Shown here: one piece after another, positions 1 to 9,577 of the stretch
Layout: every line of letters starts with the position of its first letter
Numbering within the stretch: position 1 is the first letter of the stretch
NCBI GenBank assembly: GCA_964464605.1
Contig: CAYXJN010000005.1
Location: 1 to 64,000, forward strand
DNA length: 64,000 bases
Direction of reading: 5' to 3'
DNA from: an uncultured Ignavibacteriales bacterium
GTDB lineage: Bacteria > Zixibacteria > MSB-5A5 > GN15 > FEB-12
Program-made: the position numbers and the translations under genes
The notes under the pieces: generated by a model
What the model saw: only the letters and a program-made list of their open reading frames with translations
Databases searched by the model: none
Told to the model about the DNA's origin: nothing

Positions 1-10
1 TGCTACTCAT
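1..10 (-). CDS. 5' end of a gene running off the left edge (ATG AGT AGC...)
   Basis: Reverse-strand ATG at 10, with a purine-rich AAAGGAGAG directly upstream and a sigma54-like promoter at 79-95. The product cannot be determined. Confidence 0.5.
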
Positions 11-78
11 CTCTCCTTTGGCGTGGTTGATGCATCCCGTTGAAACATCTGAGGGTATGATTTCCTGGATACATGCAA

Positions 79-95
79 AGCAAAAACTCAGCCAG
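79..95 (-). promoter_or_regulatory. sigma54 (-24/-12) promoter-like element
   Basis: The minus strand reads CTGGCTGAGTTTTTGCT, i.e. GG-N10-GC with TGGC and TTGCT cores, about 70 nt upstream of the ATG at 10. Confidence 0.55.
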
Positions 96-225
96 CAAAT
101 ATACTACTGTTGGCTCCCTTTGCAAGGGGCTGGGCAGCCGGATAAAATAAAAATTTTGTTTTCTGGCTCGAAATCGGTTATTTGGTGTAAGATACGGAAT
201 AACACAGAGTTACTTATAGAGGATT

Positions 226-2502
226 ATGCGCACAACATATTTGAGTCTCCTTTTCTTGTTATACACCGGTTTGCAATCGGCGGTTGGTCAGGTTTCGGGG
301 GTAAAGTGGCCCCTTGACGGCACTATCGACCTGTCATCAGGATACGGTGATTACCGTGAAAACCGTTTCCATGCCGGCATCGATTTGCGTACCGGCGGAC
401 GGATAGGCATGCGTGTTTTGGCGCCAGTCGATGGCTATATCTCCCGAATCAAAACCTCGTATTTCGGCTACGGCAGGGGGCTTTACTTTGTCGGCGCTGA
501 CGGCTACACCTATGTGTTCGGTCATTTGTCGTTATATGCACCGGCTATCGAAAGCCTGCTTCATACAGCACAAATAAAAGCTGAACGGTATTATCAAGAT
601 ATCAACTTTCCCAAAGACTCGATTCCGGTTAAACAGGGGGAGCTTTTGGCCTTTTCCGGAGAAACCGGAGCCGGAGCACCACATCTGCATTTTGAAAAAC
701 GGACTCCCGACAATGTTCCGCTCAATCCGCTCATGCATGGGTTTGAGTTATCCGACAAAACTGCGCCTGTGATAACCGAAGTCGGATTTCAACTGGTGGA
801 TACGTCGTCACTTTTGGAAAACGGCAGGCGTGAAATTTTTCTTCCGGTCAAAAGTCAGGCTGGCAGCTACCGTTTGGATACGGTGCTCTATCTAAATTCG
901 CCGTTCGGGTTGTTAGCTGAATGTTATGACATGATGAGTCCGAAAGGGATGAAACAGGCGGTTGCGAAGCTCTCGGTTTTTATCAATGACTCGCTTTATT
1001 TTCAAACAGTCTTTGATTCCCTTAACTATGAGCAAGCCGATGCCGCAAAGTTGGTATACGATTATTTCAAAGCGTCTGAAGGGGAAAAGCGGGTACGTCG
1101 CCTGTATCAAAAACAGGGTGCGTTGTATTCCGGAAATAGTTCACCGCGTATCGGCAAGGGTGTTTTCGGGCTCGAAAATGAAACGCCGGGTCTCAAGCGC
1201 GCAGTAGTCATTGCCGAGGATGCCTTTGGCAACAGCGCGAAACTTTCGTTTACTTTTGTCTGGGGGCCGCCGCATGCGCTGTTTTCGTTAGACTCAACGC
1301 AATTCACCGAGCTGCGTACGACGAAGTTTTTCTTTCATCCCACGGTACCTGAGGAACAATTGCCTGTTGATTCAGTCGCCGTTTTGCTTTCGCGCGGTGA
1401 TCAATGGGGGAAACCGCCGGAAGTAACTATTCAAAAAGGAGACTCCGGAAAATTCGTTGCTGTGTCCACTGCCGATCGAACTGCGAATGCCGTATTGCGG
1501 CTGGAAGCTTTTGCCTTTGGAGCAACTATATCCGATACCATTTTTAACGGTCTGAAAAGTACCCATAACGGGAAGCTTTCAATGACGTATGAGTTTGTGG
1601 ATGGCGGGCTGTTAATAGCCATCAATAGCCGGACAAAAGGCGGTTCGCTGCCGCGTATTGAACTGTATAACCAGTCATCATTGCTCGGCGTGGTGTATCC
1701 TCATTTTTTCAGCATAGATAAACAGATCGCCTTTATCCCCGCCAGGGCGGAGTTTTCGCCGATTACGCGAATCGGCCTTTCCCACTCTCGCGATACCTTG
1801 GAAAAACCGGTTATGATCGATTCTTTCAATATCCATGCAGTCGGTATTTCGGCTGAGCAATCGCTTGCCGTAGATGATCACCTGACCATCAGGGTTAAGC
1901 AGGAAAGTTTCTATTCACCGCAATTTATCGCGGTGAAAAAAATGCCGTTTATCGCCAAGGGGTTTCGCGGTATCGTTTCCGATCACTACATGATTCTGCC
2001 GGAAACGATGCTGACCCGCTCGCCGTTTGAAATAACGTACCGTCTTACCCCCGGTCAGGCATACAACCCGTTCACCGGTATCTGCTGGCTGGATAAAGCG
2101 AATGATGCCTGGGTCTGGCTCGGTGGTAATGCAAAGGATAATATCATAACAGCTACGTCTTACGGCGGCGGTTCCTTTGCCGCGGTGATAGATAAAGAGC
2201 CGGCGGTAATCAGCGTTATGGGTGTCAAAGATACCGCAGTTTATACCGACCCCCGTCCGAAAATCAGCTTTCGCATACATGATGACTTATCCGGCGTGGA
2301 GGATGACCGCAGTTTCAATGTTCGGGTAAACAATAAATGGATTCCGGTGGAATATGATGCCGAAAAGAAAACCGGCGTGCTGCTCATGACCGACCCGCTT
2401 CCGCTGGGTGAGCAAAATCTGGCTATTATCATAACCGATAAGGCCGGTCATGTGGCGGAGCGGTACATGCGATTCAGCATCAAGAAACTCTCAGGCAACT
2501 AA
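226..2502 (+). CDS. secreted M23-family metallopeptidase with long C-terminal beta/Ig-like region
   Basis: Signal peptide, HAGIDL (HxxxD) and GAPHLHFE (HxH) zinc motifs. Confidence 0.85.
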   Translation: MRTTYLSLLFLLYTGLQSAVGQVSGVKWPLDGTIDLSSGYGDYRENRFHAGIDLRTGGRIGMRVLAPVDGYISRIKTSYFGYGRGLYFVGADGYTYVFGHLSLYAPAIESLLHTAQIKAERYYQDINFPKDSIPVKQGELLAFSGETGAGAPHLHFEKRTPDNVPLNPLMHGFELSDKTAPVITEVGFQLVDTSSLLENGRREIFLPVKSQAGSYRLDTVLYLNSPFGLLAECYDMMSPKGMKQAVAKLSVFINDSLYFQTVFDSLNYEQADAAKLVYDYFKASEGEKRVRRLYQKQGALYSGNSSPRIGKGVFGLENETPGLKRAVVIAEDAFGNSAKLSFTFVWGPPHALFSLDSTQFTELRTTKFFFHPTVPEEQLPVDSVAVLLSRGDQWGKPPEVTIQKGDSGKFVAVSTADRTANAVLRLEAFAFGATISDTIFNGLKSTHNGKLSMTYEFVDGGLLIAINSRTKGGSLPRIELYNQSSLLGVVYPHFFSIDKQIAFIPARAEFSPITRIGLSHSRDTLEKPVMIDSFNIHAVGISAEQSLAVDDHLTIRVKQESFYSPQFIAVKKMPFIAKGFRGIVSDHYMILPETMLTRSPFEITYRLTPGQAYNPFTGICWLDKANDAWVWLGGNAKDNIITATSYGGGSFAAVIDKEPAVISVMGVKDTAVYTDPRPKISFRIHDDLSGVEDDRSFNVRVNNKWIPVEYDAEKKTGVLLMTDPLPLGEQNLAIIITDKAGHVAERYMRFSIKKLSGN

Positions 2503-2517
2503 CCGGAACGAACCCGT

Positions 2518-3234
2518 ATGTTTTTTCCGATTCGTGATGACAATCCGACTGTTCGCACCCCGTTTGTAACGGTCGCGCTTATTGTCATCAACGTGCTTGT
2601 CTTTCTCTACACGTTCTTACAGGGGAAAGAATTCATGTTGATGTTTACGTATCAGTTTGGATTCATTCCCATCGAGTTTACCAAGGGTGTTGAACTCACT
2701 CCGCAGGCGGATGCCTCTGCTTACTTGACGCCGTTTACCTCCATGTTCATGCATGGAGGGTGGATGCACCTCATCGGCAACATGCTTTTTCTCTGGATAT
2801 TCGGGAACAACATCGAAGATTATTTCGGTCATATAAAGTTTATTATTTTTTATGTACTGGCAGGATTAGCAGCGGTAGCTTTGTACACCGTTTTTTCGCC
2901 GTCATCCGATATTCCGCTGGTGGGCGCATCCGGCGCAATTGCGGGAGTGATGGGTGCGTACATGGTGCTGCATCCGAAAGCGCGTATTACCGTGCTCATG
3001 GTGCTTTTCTTTATCCAATTTTTTGAGCTTCCTGCCTTCGCGGTGCTGGGATTCTGGTTTCTTTATCAATTGCTGATGTCGTTGATCGGCAGTACCGGCG
3101 GGGGAGGTGTGGCATGGCTGGCGCATGTCGGTGGGTTTGCCTTTGGATGGATTCTTCTGAAGCTGTTAATCAGTTTGGGTTGGCGCGGAACCCCTACCGG
3201 CGGACAGCGGGTGTACAAAATGTCATGGAACTGA
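2518..3234 (+). CDS. rhomboid-family intramembrane serine protease
   Basis: FMHGGWMHLIGNMLFLWIFG, GASGAIAG (catalytic Ser) and AHVGG (catalytic His). Confidence 0.95.
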   Translation: MFFPIRDDNPTVRTPFVTVALIVINVLVFLYTFLQGKEFMLMFTYQFGFIPIEFTKGVELTPQADASAYLTPFTSMFMHGGWMHLIGNMLFLWIFGNNIEDYFGHIKFIIFYVLAGLAAVALYTVFSPSSDIPLVGASGAIAGVMGAYMVLHPKARITVLMVLFFIQFFELPAFAVLGFWFLYQLLMSLIGSTGGGGVAWLAHVGGFAFGWILLKLLISLGWRGTPTGGQRVYKMSWN

Positions 3235-3286
3235 AAGATTCCCCAAGTGGTTCCGCATGATGTATATTCGTAATTAAGGAAACAAT

Positions 3287-3718
3287 ATGCCCTGTTCAGA
3301 TATTACAGACGTACTTCAGCTTCGTATCGATGACACCGGCCGGTTGCAAAAATACTGGTTACGCAAACGCTCCTGCGGCGGTGCGGTCGGTGAGCGCTCA
3401 TTGATTTTCGATTGGGCGCAGAAACACTCAAGTGAAGAAATAGTCAGCATGAACGTTGCTGATTTTCTTCGTGACTTCGAAGCGACCGATGATGAAGTCT
3501 ATGAATATCTGCTTATAAAACATTTCTTCGCCGTGCAAAGCGGCTTGGCGATACTCTTGGGCAAAGGAACCGGTACACCGGATGATTTCTGCACCATCGA
3601 CTATATCGAACATGGTCCACAGGGGATAGATTTGGTAGCTTATTTACGGATGGATGTTATCACCGAGCAGATTCAAGCCTGTGGCCGTTGTGGCACCCAC
3701 TGTAGCACGAAGTCCTAA
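3287..3718 (+). CDS. Cys-rich hypothetical protein with a divergent IscU/NifU-N-like core and C-terminal CxxCxxxC
   Basis: PCSD...LQLRIDDTG...SCGGAVG..SLIFDWAQKHSSEE resembles IscU by eye; the protein ends CGRCGTHC. AAGGA SD upstream. Confidence 0.55.
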   Translation: MPCSDITDVLQLRIDDTGRLQKYWLRKRSCGGAVGERSLIFDWAQKHSSEEIVSMNVADFLRDFEATDDEVYEYLLIKHFFAVQSGLAILLGKGTGTPDDFCTIDYIEHGPQGIDLVAYLRMDVITEQIQACGRCGTHCSTKS

Positions 3719-3905
3719 ACTCCCTATTCAACCCACGTCGAAGCCGATTGCGGCTCCTGCAAGCCGCTTCATACCTCGTTTTTATCCTTTGTTCAAAGCC
3801 TGAGCGGTCAAATTGACTCTGTGAATCGTCGTAATAGACTGTCTTTCGGTATGTTATCGATTTCAGCGGTTATTGGTGGTCGAGTGTTTCGAAAAATATG
3901 AAAAA

Positions 3906-3921
3906 GGGCACGGCAGTTGCA
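3906..3921 (+). promoter_or_regulatory. sigma54 (-24/-12) promoter
   Basis: GGGCACGGCAGTTGCA matches the consensus TGGCACG-N4-TTGCW except for the first base. It lies about 80 nt upstream of the cohesin gene. Confidence 0.75.
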
Positions 3922-3997
3922 GAACCCCCTCCAGCGCGCAGCCCTTTGGCTCCGCCATGCGAGAAAGAAGATAAGTTAATTCGGTCTAACCGAAAGG

Positions 3998-4864
3998 ATG
4001 ATGCGTATGAAGCGTTTGTTAACGGTAACCCTTTTTCTGCTGGGGCTGGTCCAGGCAGCGATGGCAACGCCACCGTTTCCCGGGACTGTCTCGCTTGATT
4101 CTGCGGAAGCGCGGCCGGGAGATCATTTCTCCGTCGCTGTTCGTTTAACCGGCGGTGAAATCGGGCTTTCAGGTTTGACAATTCCGATTCACTTCGCTTC
4201 TGCTCATCTGACAGTTGATTCCGTTTCGTTCGTCGGTTCGATTGCACCTGTTGGTATTAAACAGGAAGCGATAATCGATAACGGAAACAAGAAGGTAAAA
4301 ATATCCTTTTTTCCGGATATAAACATGATTCCGCTGCAGAGCATTCCGCAATCAGGCGGGCTGCTTGCGCGAATCTATTTTAATTTGTCGGTGACGGCTG
4401 TGCCGGAAGTTATCGAACTGGATACTGTCTATATTCGTGACTCGGTCGTTATGCCGGATCTCAGCGTTGTCTATGTCGAAACAGAAACCTTGAATGCCGC
4501 CGATGGTGAGGCGCTGACGACGTTATACCCCGCCTTTATCGCTGGTCTTGTTTCTGTGCAGGTGCCTACCGGCTCCGATGAGGACCACCAGAGCCTGCCG
4601 CAGTCATTTAGTTTAGCGCAGAACTATCCGAATCCGTTTAACCCCTCTACGCAGATCAGTTTTGTGCTGCCGAAACGAAGCAAAGCGGAATTGGAAGTCT
4701 TTAATGTGCTCGGCCAGCGGGTCGCGACACTGGTCAATGAAGTCCTCCCGGCCGGTGAGCATACCGTTACCTTCGATGCCTCCCTTCAGCCGAGTGGAAT
4801 CTACTTTTACCGGCTGACTCACAATGAGGGTTCAGAGACGAAAAAGATGGTTTTCCTGAAATAG
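3998..4864 (+). CDS. secreted cohesin-domain protein with T9SS type-A/FlgD-like C-terminal domain (start probably 4007)
   Basis: Signal peptide MKRLL...AMA; cohesin-like VSLDSAEARPGDHFSVAVRL...LTVDSVSFVGS...GGLLARIYF; CTD LAQNYPNPFNPSTQISF...SGIYFYRL...TKKMVFLK. Confidence 0.8.
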   Translation: MMRMKRLLTVTLFLLGLVQAAMATPPFPGTVSLDSAEARPGDHFSVAVRLTGGEIGLSGLTIPIHFASAHLTVDSVSFVGSIAPVGIKQEAIIDNGNKKVKISFFPDINMIPLQSIPQSGGLLARIYFNLSVTAVPEVIELDTVYIRDSVVMPDLSVVYVETETLNAADGEALTTLYPAFIAGLVSVQVPTGSDEDHQSLPQSFSLAQNYPNPFNPSTQISFVLPKRSKAELEVFNVLGQRVATLVNEVLPAGEHTVTFDASLQPSGIYFYRLTHNEGSETKKMVFLK

Positions 4865-4905
4865 CGGTTCCGAGCAAGAAAAACGGCAAATTTGCCGATG
4901 TTAAC

Positions 4906-4940
4906 AAGGACAGGCCGAATGGCCTGTCCTTTACTTTTTT
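4906..4940 (+). terminator. intrinsic terminator after the cohesin gene
   Basis: AAGGACAGGCC-gaat-GGCCTGTCCTT followed by a T-rich tract. Confidence 0.75.
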
Positions 4941-4952
4941 CTATGGGAAACT

Positions 4953-6659
4953 ATGACCACGGTAATTGAAGCAAGCTCGGACAAAAAGACCGTCAAAATC
5001 GGTGACTACCAACTGACCGGTAAAATCGGCCAGGGGGGGGTAGCGGAAGTCTACCGCGCCCGTCAGGAATCACTTAACCGTGACGTTGCCATCAAAGTCC
5101 TCTCGGTAAAACTCTCCAGCGATCCGGATATTGTCAGACGGTTCGAGCGGGAGTCGATGGTTATCGCCAAGCTCAATCATCCGAATATCGTCCACGTCAT
5201 CGACAAAGGAAAAGCGGGCGGCCGGTACTACTTTGTCATGGAGTATGTCGACGGCACCTCGCTCAGGCAGGTTATCGATACCCCGACCGTTCCTTTGGAA
5301 ACCAAACTCGACATGGTGATTCAGGTTTTGAAATCACTCGATTACGCGCACAAAAACGGCGTGATACACCGGGATATCAAACCGAGCAATATCCTGGTCG
5401 ACCGTCAGGGGAATGTGCAGGTCGCTGATTTCGGTATTGCACAAATTTTAGGAGTACCGGACACAGAGATGACCGGTACCGATGTCGTGCTCGGCACCAT
5501 TTCGTATATGTCTCCCGAACAAAAAGTCAGTTCGACCAATGTCGATCAAACGACTGATCTCTACGCAATCGGCGTGATGCTGTATGAAATCTTTACGGGC
5601 AAAAAACCGCTCGGACATTTCAAAGCGCCGTCTGAAGTAAATCCGGTTATCAATTCCGCCTTCGATGCGATCGTCATGAAATGTCTGGCGCAGGAACCGA
5701 AGGATCGCTTCCAGACAGCCGTAGAATTAAAAGATGCGATTTTGGAAGTTGTCGGTAGTTCGGATCGGATCGCAGCGAACAAAGATGAGTTCTCCGTTAC
5801 CGGCACCGATTCATTCCTCGGACGCTGCCGTTATTTGGATACGATTCGTGAAACGCAGCATGGCTCGACGATTTTAGTCGAGAACAAAGTGAACAAGAAA
5901 CTCTATGTATTGAAGAAACATGCCAAAGGGGAAGCGGGTCGTAAAGAAGCGAAACTGTTAAGCTCACTGAAACATCCGAATATCAACGCGATTCACGGTG
6001 CAGGCGGGGATGTCCGCTCGACCGTAATCATTTCCAATTATTGCCAGGGTGGATCGTTGGCCGACCGGATGGTGCGTCCGTACGAATGGGAAAAGGGAAT
6101 GGCTATCAGTATGCAGATAGCGGCGGGACTCGACTTTGCGCATAAGAATAATATCGTGCATGGAAATCTTCGCCCCTCGAATGTGCTTTTCGATGCCGAT
6201 GAAACGGTAAAATTATCAGACTTTGGGTTGCCGGTGCATTACGATGTCATGGGAAAAAAGAATTGGTACTCGGCGCCGGAACGGAAGATAAGTAAGAGCG
6301 GTGATCTCTATGCACTTGGGGTTATCATGCATCAACTGCTATTGGGTCGCAACCCGGGGTATGACTCCGGTAACAACCTGCTTCCTGACAAAAGCCTCAT
6401 AATTCCTGAAGGGGTCAAGCAGATACTCGGCAAGCTCCTTTCCATTCGCACCTCAGCCCGATATAACTCTTGCCAGGAACTGATACTCGATTGGGAAGAA
6501 TTCCAAAGTGAACGTTCCCAAACCCCATCTGCTCAGCAGCCGGTGGTCGAATCTTTTGAAAATAAAGGATTTACCTTCGCACCCTGGATGTGGCTTGTAA
6601 CCGGCGGGGTTGTTGTGGCCGGTGTGCTTATGCTTCTTCGGTTGTTCGGTTTATTTTAA
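4953..6659 (+). CDS. Hanks-type Ser/Thr kinase with a second, degenerate kinase domain and C-terminal TM anchor
   Basis: Domain 1 has GQGG, VAIK, HRDIKPSN, DFG and SPE. Domain 2 has HGNLRPSN, DFG and APE. Hydrophobic C-terminus. Confidence 0.9.
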   Translation: MTTVIEASSDKKTVKIGDYQLTGKIGQGGVAEVYRARQESLNRDVAIKVLSVKLSSDPDIVRRFERESMVIAKLNHPNIVHVIDKGKAGGRYYFVMEYVDGTSLRQVIDTPTVPLETKLDMVIQVLKSLDYAHKNGVIHRDIKPSNILVDRQGNVQVADFGIAQILGVPDTEMTGTDVVLGTISYMSPEQKVSSTNVDQTTDLYAIGVMLYEIFTGKKPLGHFKAPSEVNPVINSAFDAIVMKCLAQEPKDRFQTAVELKDAILEVVGSSDRIAANKDEFSVTGTDSFLGRCRYLDTIRETQHGSTILVENKVNKKLYVLKKHAKGEAGRKEAKLLSSLKHPNINAIHGAGGDVRSTVIISNYCQGGSLADRMVRPYEWEKGMAISMQIAAGLDFAHKNNIVHGNLRPSNVLFDADETVKLSDFGLPVHYDVMGKKNWYSAPERKISKSGDLYALGVIMHQLLLGRNPGYDSGNNLLPDKSLIIPEGVKQILGKLLSIRTSARYNSCQELILDWEEFQSERSQTPSAQQPVVESFENKGFTFAPWMWLVTGGVVVAGVLMLLRLFGLF

Positions 6660-6828
6660 CTCATACGCATATCTCCCTTTTCATTAGCGACGCACCCATC
6701 TTATCCTGGCGCAGAATCTGCGCGTTTTTAGCTTCTTCGCCGTGTTGAAAAATTCCACTTAACATCCCAATATTGTAAGCCGGGTCAATCGCAGGTACCG
6801 ATTACCGGCAAAATCCTGTTTTTTCTAT

Positions 6829-6856
6829 TTGATTACCGTGCCGGAGCTTGTATACT
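6829..6856 (+). promoter_or_regulatory. sigma70-like promoter for the first beta-helix/dockerin gene
   Basis: TTGATT-N16-TATACT, placing the TSS near 6863, just before the conserved leader. Confidence 0.5.
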
Positions 6857-6874
6857 TGCAGAGTCAGGTACTAC

Positions 6875-7126
6875 TGCGGCCCTCCGCTGACAGAGGGAGA
6901 GTGCCTTCCGCGGCGCCGCGATTACCACTAAGTACAAACCAATTAGTTCAAGCGAGATGTATTGATCGTTCGGTAACAGTTGAAGAATGGATTTTTTCAC
7001 GCTTGTTTCGTTGTCCGGCGAAACGGCTGAGGTCAATTGAACACTGAATGAGCCGCGCTTCCCTTGTGTCTACGGGAATGGAATACCGGGGAGTGTGGTT
7101 TTTAGCAAATGCCGGAGGTATGAGGT
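6875..7126 (+). ncRNA. candidate structured cis-regulatory 5' leader, copy 1
   Basis: Aligns along its length with 9578-9824 and contains several stems whose substitutions preserve pairing. Confidence 0.6.
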
Positions 7127-9397
7127 ATGATGAAAGGGAAATGGGTTCGCCTGACACGTTACGTCAAGTTTGGGTTCATCATCGCAGGGTTAGGCGGGAT
7201 TATCATTGGAGTGAGTTCCGGGCCGGTACAGGCATCCCGGCGCACAATTACAACGCTTCCGTTCACTGCTTCAACAAACAATGACACGATCGATCTGGCC
7301 GGTACGAAAGTAACCTCCAGCGGCTCCGGTATTCTGATTACCGGGCAGAATGTCGTGTTGAATCTGAACCAGGATACACTGGTATTCAACGGCAATTACG
7401 GTATCAGCATAGAAAATACGAATTCCGTCAAAATTATCGGCGGCACGATTCTCAAAACCACTTCTACCGGCTCAAACGTTCAGGCGATTTCCATACACAA
7501 TGCCAATAACCTTTTGTTTTCCGGAACCAACCTTACGGTCGATGGTCACAACGCACATTGCGTTGACATCGACGGCGGCTATTCCGGAAGCTACAACATC
7601 GAATTCAGCGGCGGCCGCTGGCTCAGCAATTCAGTGAGTTATTCAAGCCGGGAAAGCTACGACGGCGCGGTGTTGTATATGGGTTCCATGCCGGCTAACA
7701 CCGGCAACTACGATGTAAGTATCCATGACGTTACGATCGTCAATGGTCCCGGTCAGGGGATGGTACTTCGCGGCACCTCACTGGTGTACAATTGTAATAT
7801 TATGATAGACGCTTACAACCGCTATTGGGATACGGTATACACATGGGATCAGGCACCGATTGGGGCATCATGGGCAAACCCGTACGCGATTTTAGCTCGT
7901 GGTCTTGAACCGGGAGCGAAGGTTTATAATAACGTTATTACCAGCGGAACGGCCCGGTACGGTTGCCGCGGTATTTTAATGGAACTCTGTGGCGGCAGCA
8001 GAACCAGACCGATTGAGATTTACAACAATGTCGTCAATATCAAAGAAGGCCCGAACAAGGAACAGGGAAACTCCGACGGGGTTTGTCAGGTTATGCGAAT
8101 TCGCGGTGAGGGTGACTCTAACCTGTACATTCATGATAACCAGTTCATCGGCACAGTTGATAATAACACAGCAACCACCGCCGTTGGCACGGAAACGCGG
8201 GTCTTTTATCTCAACACGTCCGGAACACCGAATTCAAATATCATTATCCGGAATAATTTGATTCGCGCCGCGACGACATCAGCCGGTACCACCTGCTATG
8301 GTTTGATTCTTGAAGGAAGCAGCGATCCGAGTATTCTTTTGCAGTACAACCGAATTGAAAGCGCCGGTGACATTGTAAAAATCGGCGGCATTCAGGGAAG
8401 CGGCCGCGGGTTCGTCCTTGAAAAAGACACCCTTTCATTCTTATCGACATCACTCACCCAGCGGGTAACGTTCCGTGTCGGATACTACAATAGCCCATCA
8501 AATGATAACCGCGCCATTGACTGCACCTATTTACTGGGTGCACGGGATACCAATATCGTGTTTGTCAATTCCAGCGGCGACAACGCGCTTAAAATCGAAC
8601 GTAGCGTTACCATCAATGTGCTTGGCAGTAATGGTTTACCGGTGCGGGATGCGACCGTTCGCATTACCAATAACTACGGAAAAGTCGTGGCAACCAGCAC
8701 GACCGGAACACGCGGTCAGCTTGTTGCTTCGGTACCGTACTGGTTTGAATCGGAGGACACTCCGGACTCACTCAATTTCAACCCGATTCGCATTACTGTT
8801 TTGAAAGGAACTGACAGTGCTACAAGCACAGTAACGCTTTCTGCTACGGCAACTATCGCGCCGAATATGACACTTGCTGCCACCCTCGGTTCACCGGTAA
8901 CGGGCAACCTGCCGCCGAGCATGCCGGTACCGGTGTCTCCATTGAGTGGGGCGTCATTGTCGGGAACACCGGTGCGACTAAATGTGTTAAATGCTATTGA
9001 TGCGAACAATGACCCGGTGCGGTATGATTTCTGGATAAGCACGAATTCATCATTCACGCAGATAGTTGATTCGGTAAAAAATATCCCCGCCGGATACTTG
9101 CAGACCCAGGCAACTTTTTCGACGTTTACGCCAGCTGTCGGCGTAACCTACTGGTGGCGGGCCCGTGCGAATGATGGCATCGACTGGACAAGCACGACAA
9201 CGCCTCAGTCCTTTACCTATCAGTGTTCGAACAGTGCGACCATTGCCGATATTTCCCGGTTAGTTTCTTATTTTTATAATAACGGTCCTCGTCCAGTCCG
9301 GTACGACTGGAACGGAAACGGTGTTGGAACTGTTGCAGATTTAGTCTATTTGGTCAGCTTTCTGTTCAATAGCGGTCCGCCACCGCCGTGTCTATAG
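7127..9397 (+). CDS. secreted right-handed beta-helix protein with Ig/FN3-like module and C-terminal dockerin-like domain (paralog A)
   Basis: Signal peptide, Asn/Ile-rich parallel beta-helix repeats, a YWWRARA FN3-like module, and the tail DWNGNGVGTVADLVYLVSFLFNSGPPPPC. Confidence 0.8.
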   Translation: MMKGKWVRLTRYVKFGFIIAGLGGIIIGVSSGPVQASRRTITTLPFTASTNNDTIDLAGTKVTSSGSGILITGQNVVLNLNQDTLVFNGNYGISIENTNSVKIIGGTILKTTSTGSNVQAISIHNANNLLFSGTNLTVDGHNAHCVDIDGGYSGSYNIEFSGGRWLSNSVSYSSRESYDGAVLYMGSMPANTGNYDVSIHDVTIVNGPGQGMVLRGTSLVYNCNIMIDAYNRYWDTVYTWDQAPIGASWANPYAILARGLEPGAKVYNNVITSGTARYGCRGILMELCGGSRTRPIEIYNNVVNIKEGPNKEQGNSDGVCQVMRIRGEGDSNLYIHDNQFIGTVDNNTATTAVGTETRVFYLNTSGTPNSNIIIRNNLIRAATTSAGTTCYGLILEGSSDPSILLQYNRIESAGDIVKIGGIQGSGRGFVLEKDTLSFLSTSLTQRVTFRVGYYNSPSNDNRAIDCTYLLGARDTNIVFVNSSGDNALKIERSVTINVLGSNGLPVRDATVRITNNYGKVVATSTTGTRGQLVASVPYWFESEDTPDSLNFNPIRITVLKGTDSATSTVTLSATATIAPNMTLAATLGSPVTGNLPPSMPVPVSPLSGASLSGTPVRLNVLNAIDANNDPVRYDFWISTNSSFTQIVDSVKNIPAGYLQTQATFSTFTPAVGVTYWWRARANDGIDWTSTTTPQSFTYQCSNSATIADISRLVSYFYNNGPRPVRYDWNGNGVGTVADLVYLVSFLFNSGPPPPCL

Positions 9398-9577
9398 ATC
9401 AGTGATTTTCCCGCGTCACGTCGGCGCTCCACTGTTGCGCTGACGTGATCAGATATCTCGCGCATAGCGTGAGGTATCTGCTCCTCTAACAGTAGTTCGC
9501 TTCTACTCTGAACTAGAGGTTTCTCTTACAACGTTCATACACTGTACCCGCAGATTGTGCGGGAACAGCAATGATAG

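Noticed and set aside
4884..4897. Perfect palindrome CGGCAAATTTGCCG
   Set aside because: It is a single occurrence next to a terminator, with no supporting context.
6875..7126. Known riboswitch (c-di-GMP, cobalamin, TPP, SAM) in the conserved leader
   Set aside because: I could not find the diagnostic conserved cores by eye, so it is reported as an unassigned motif. An Rfam search is needed.
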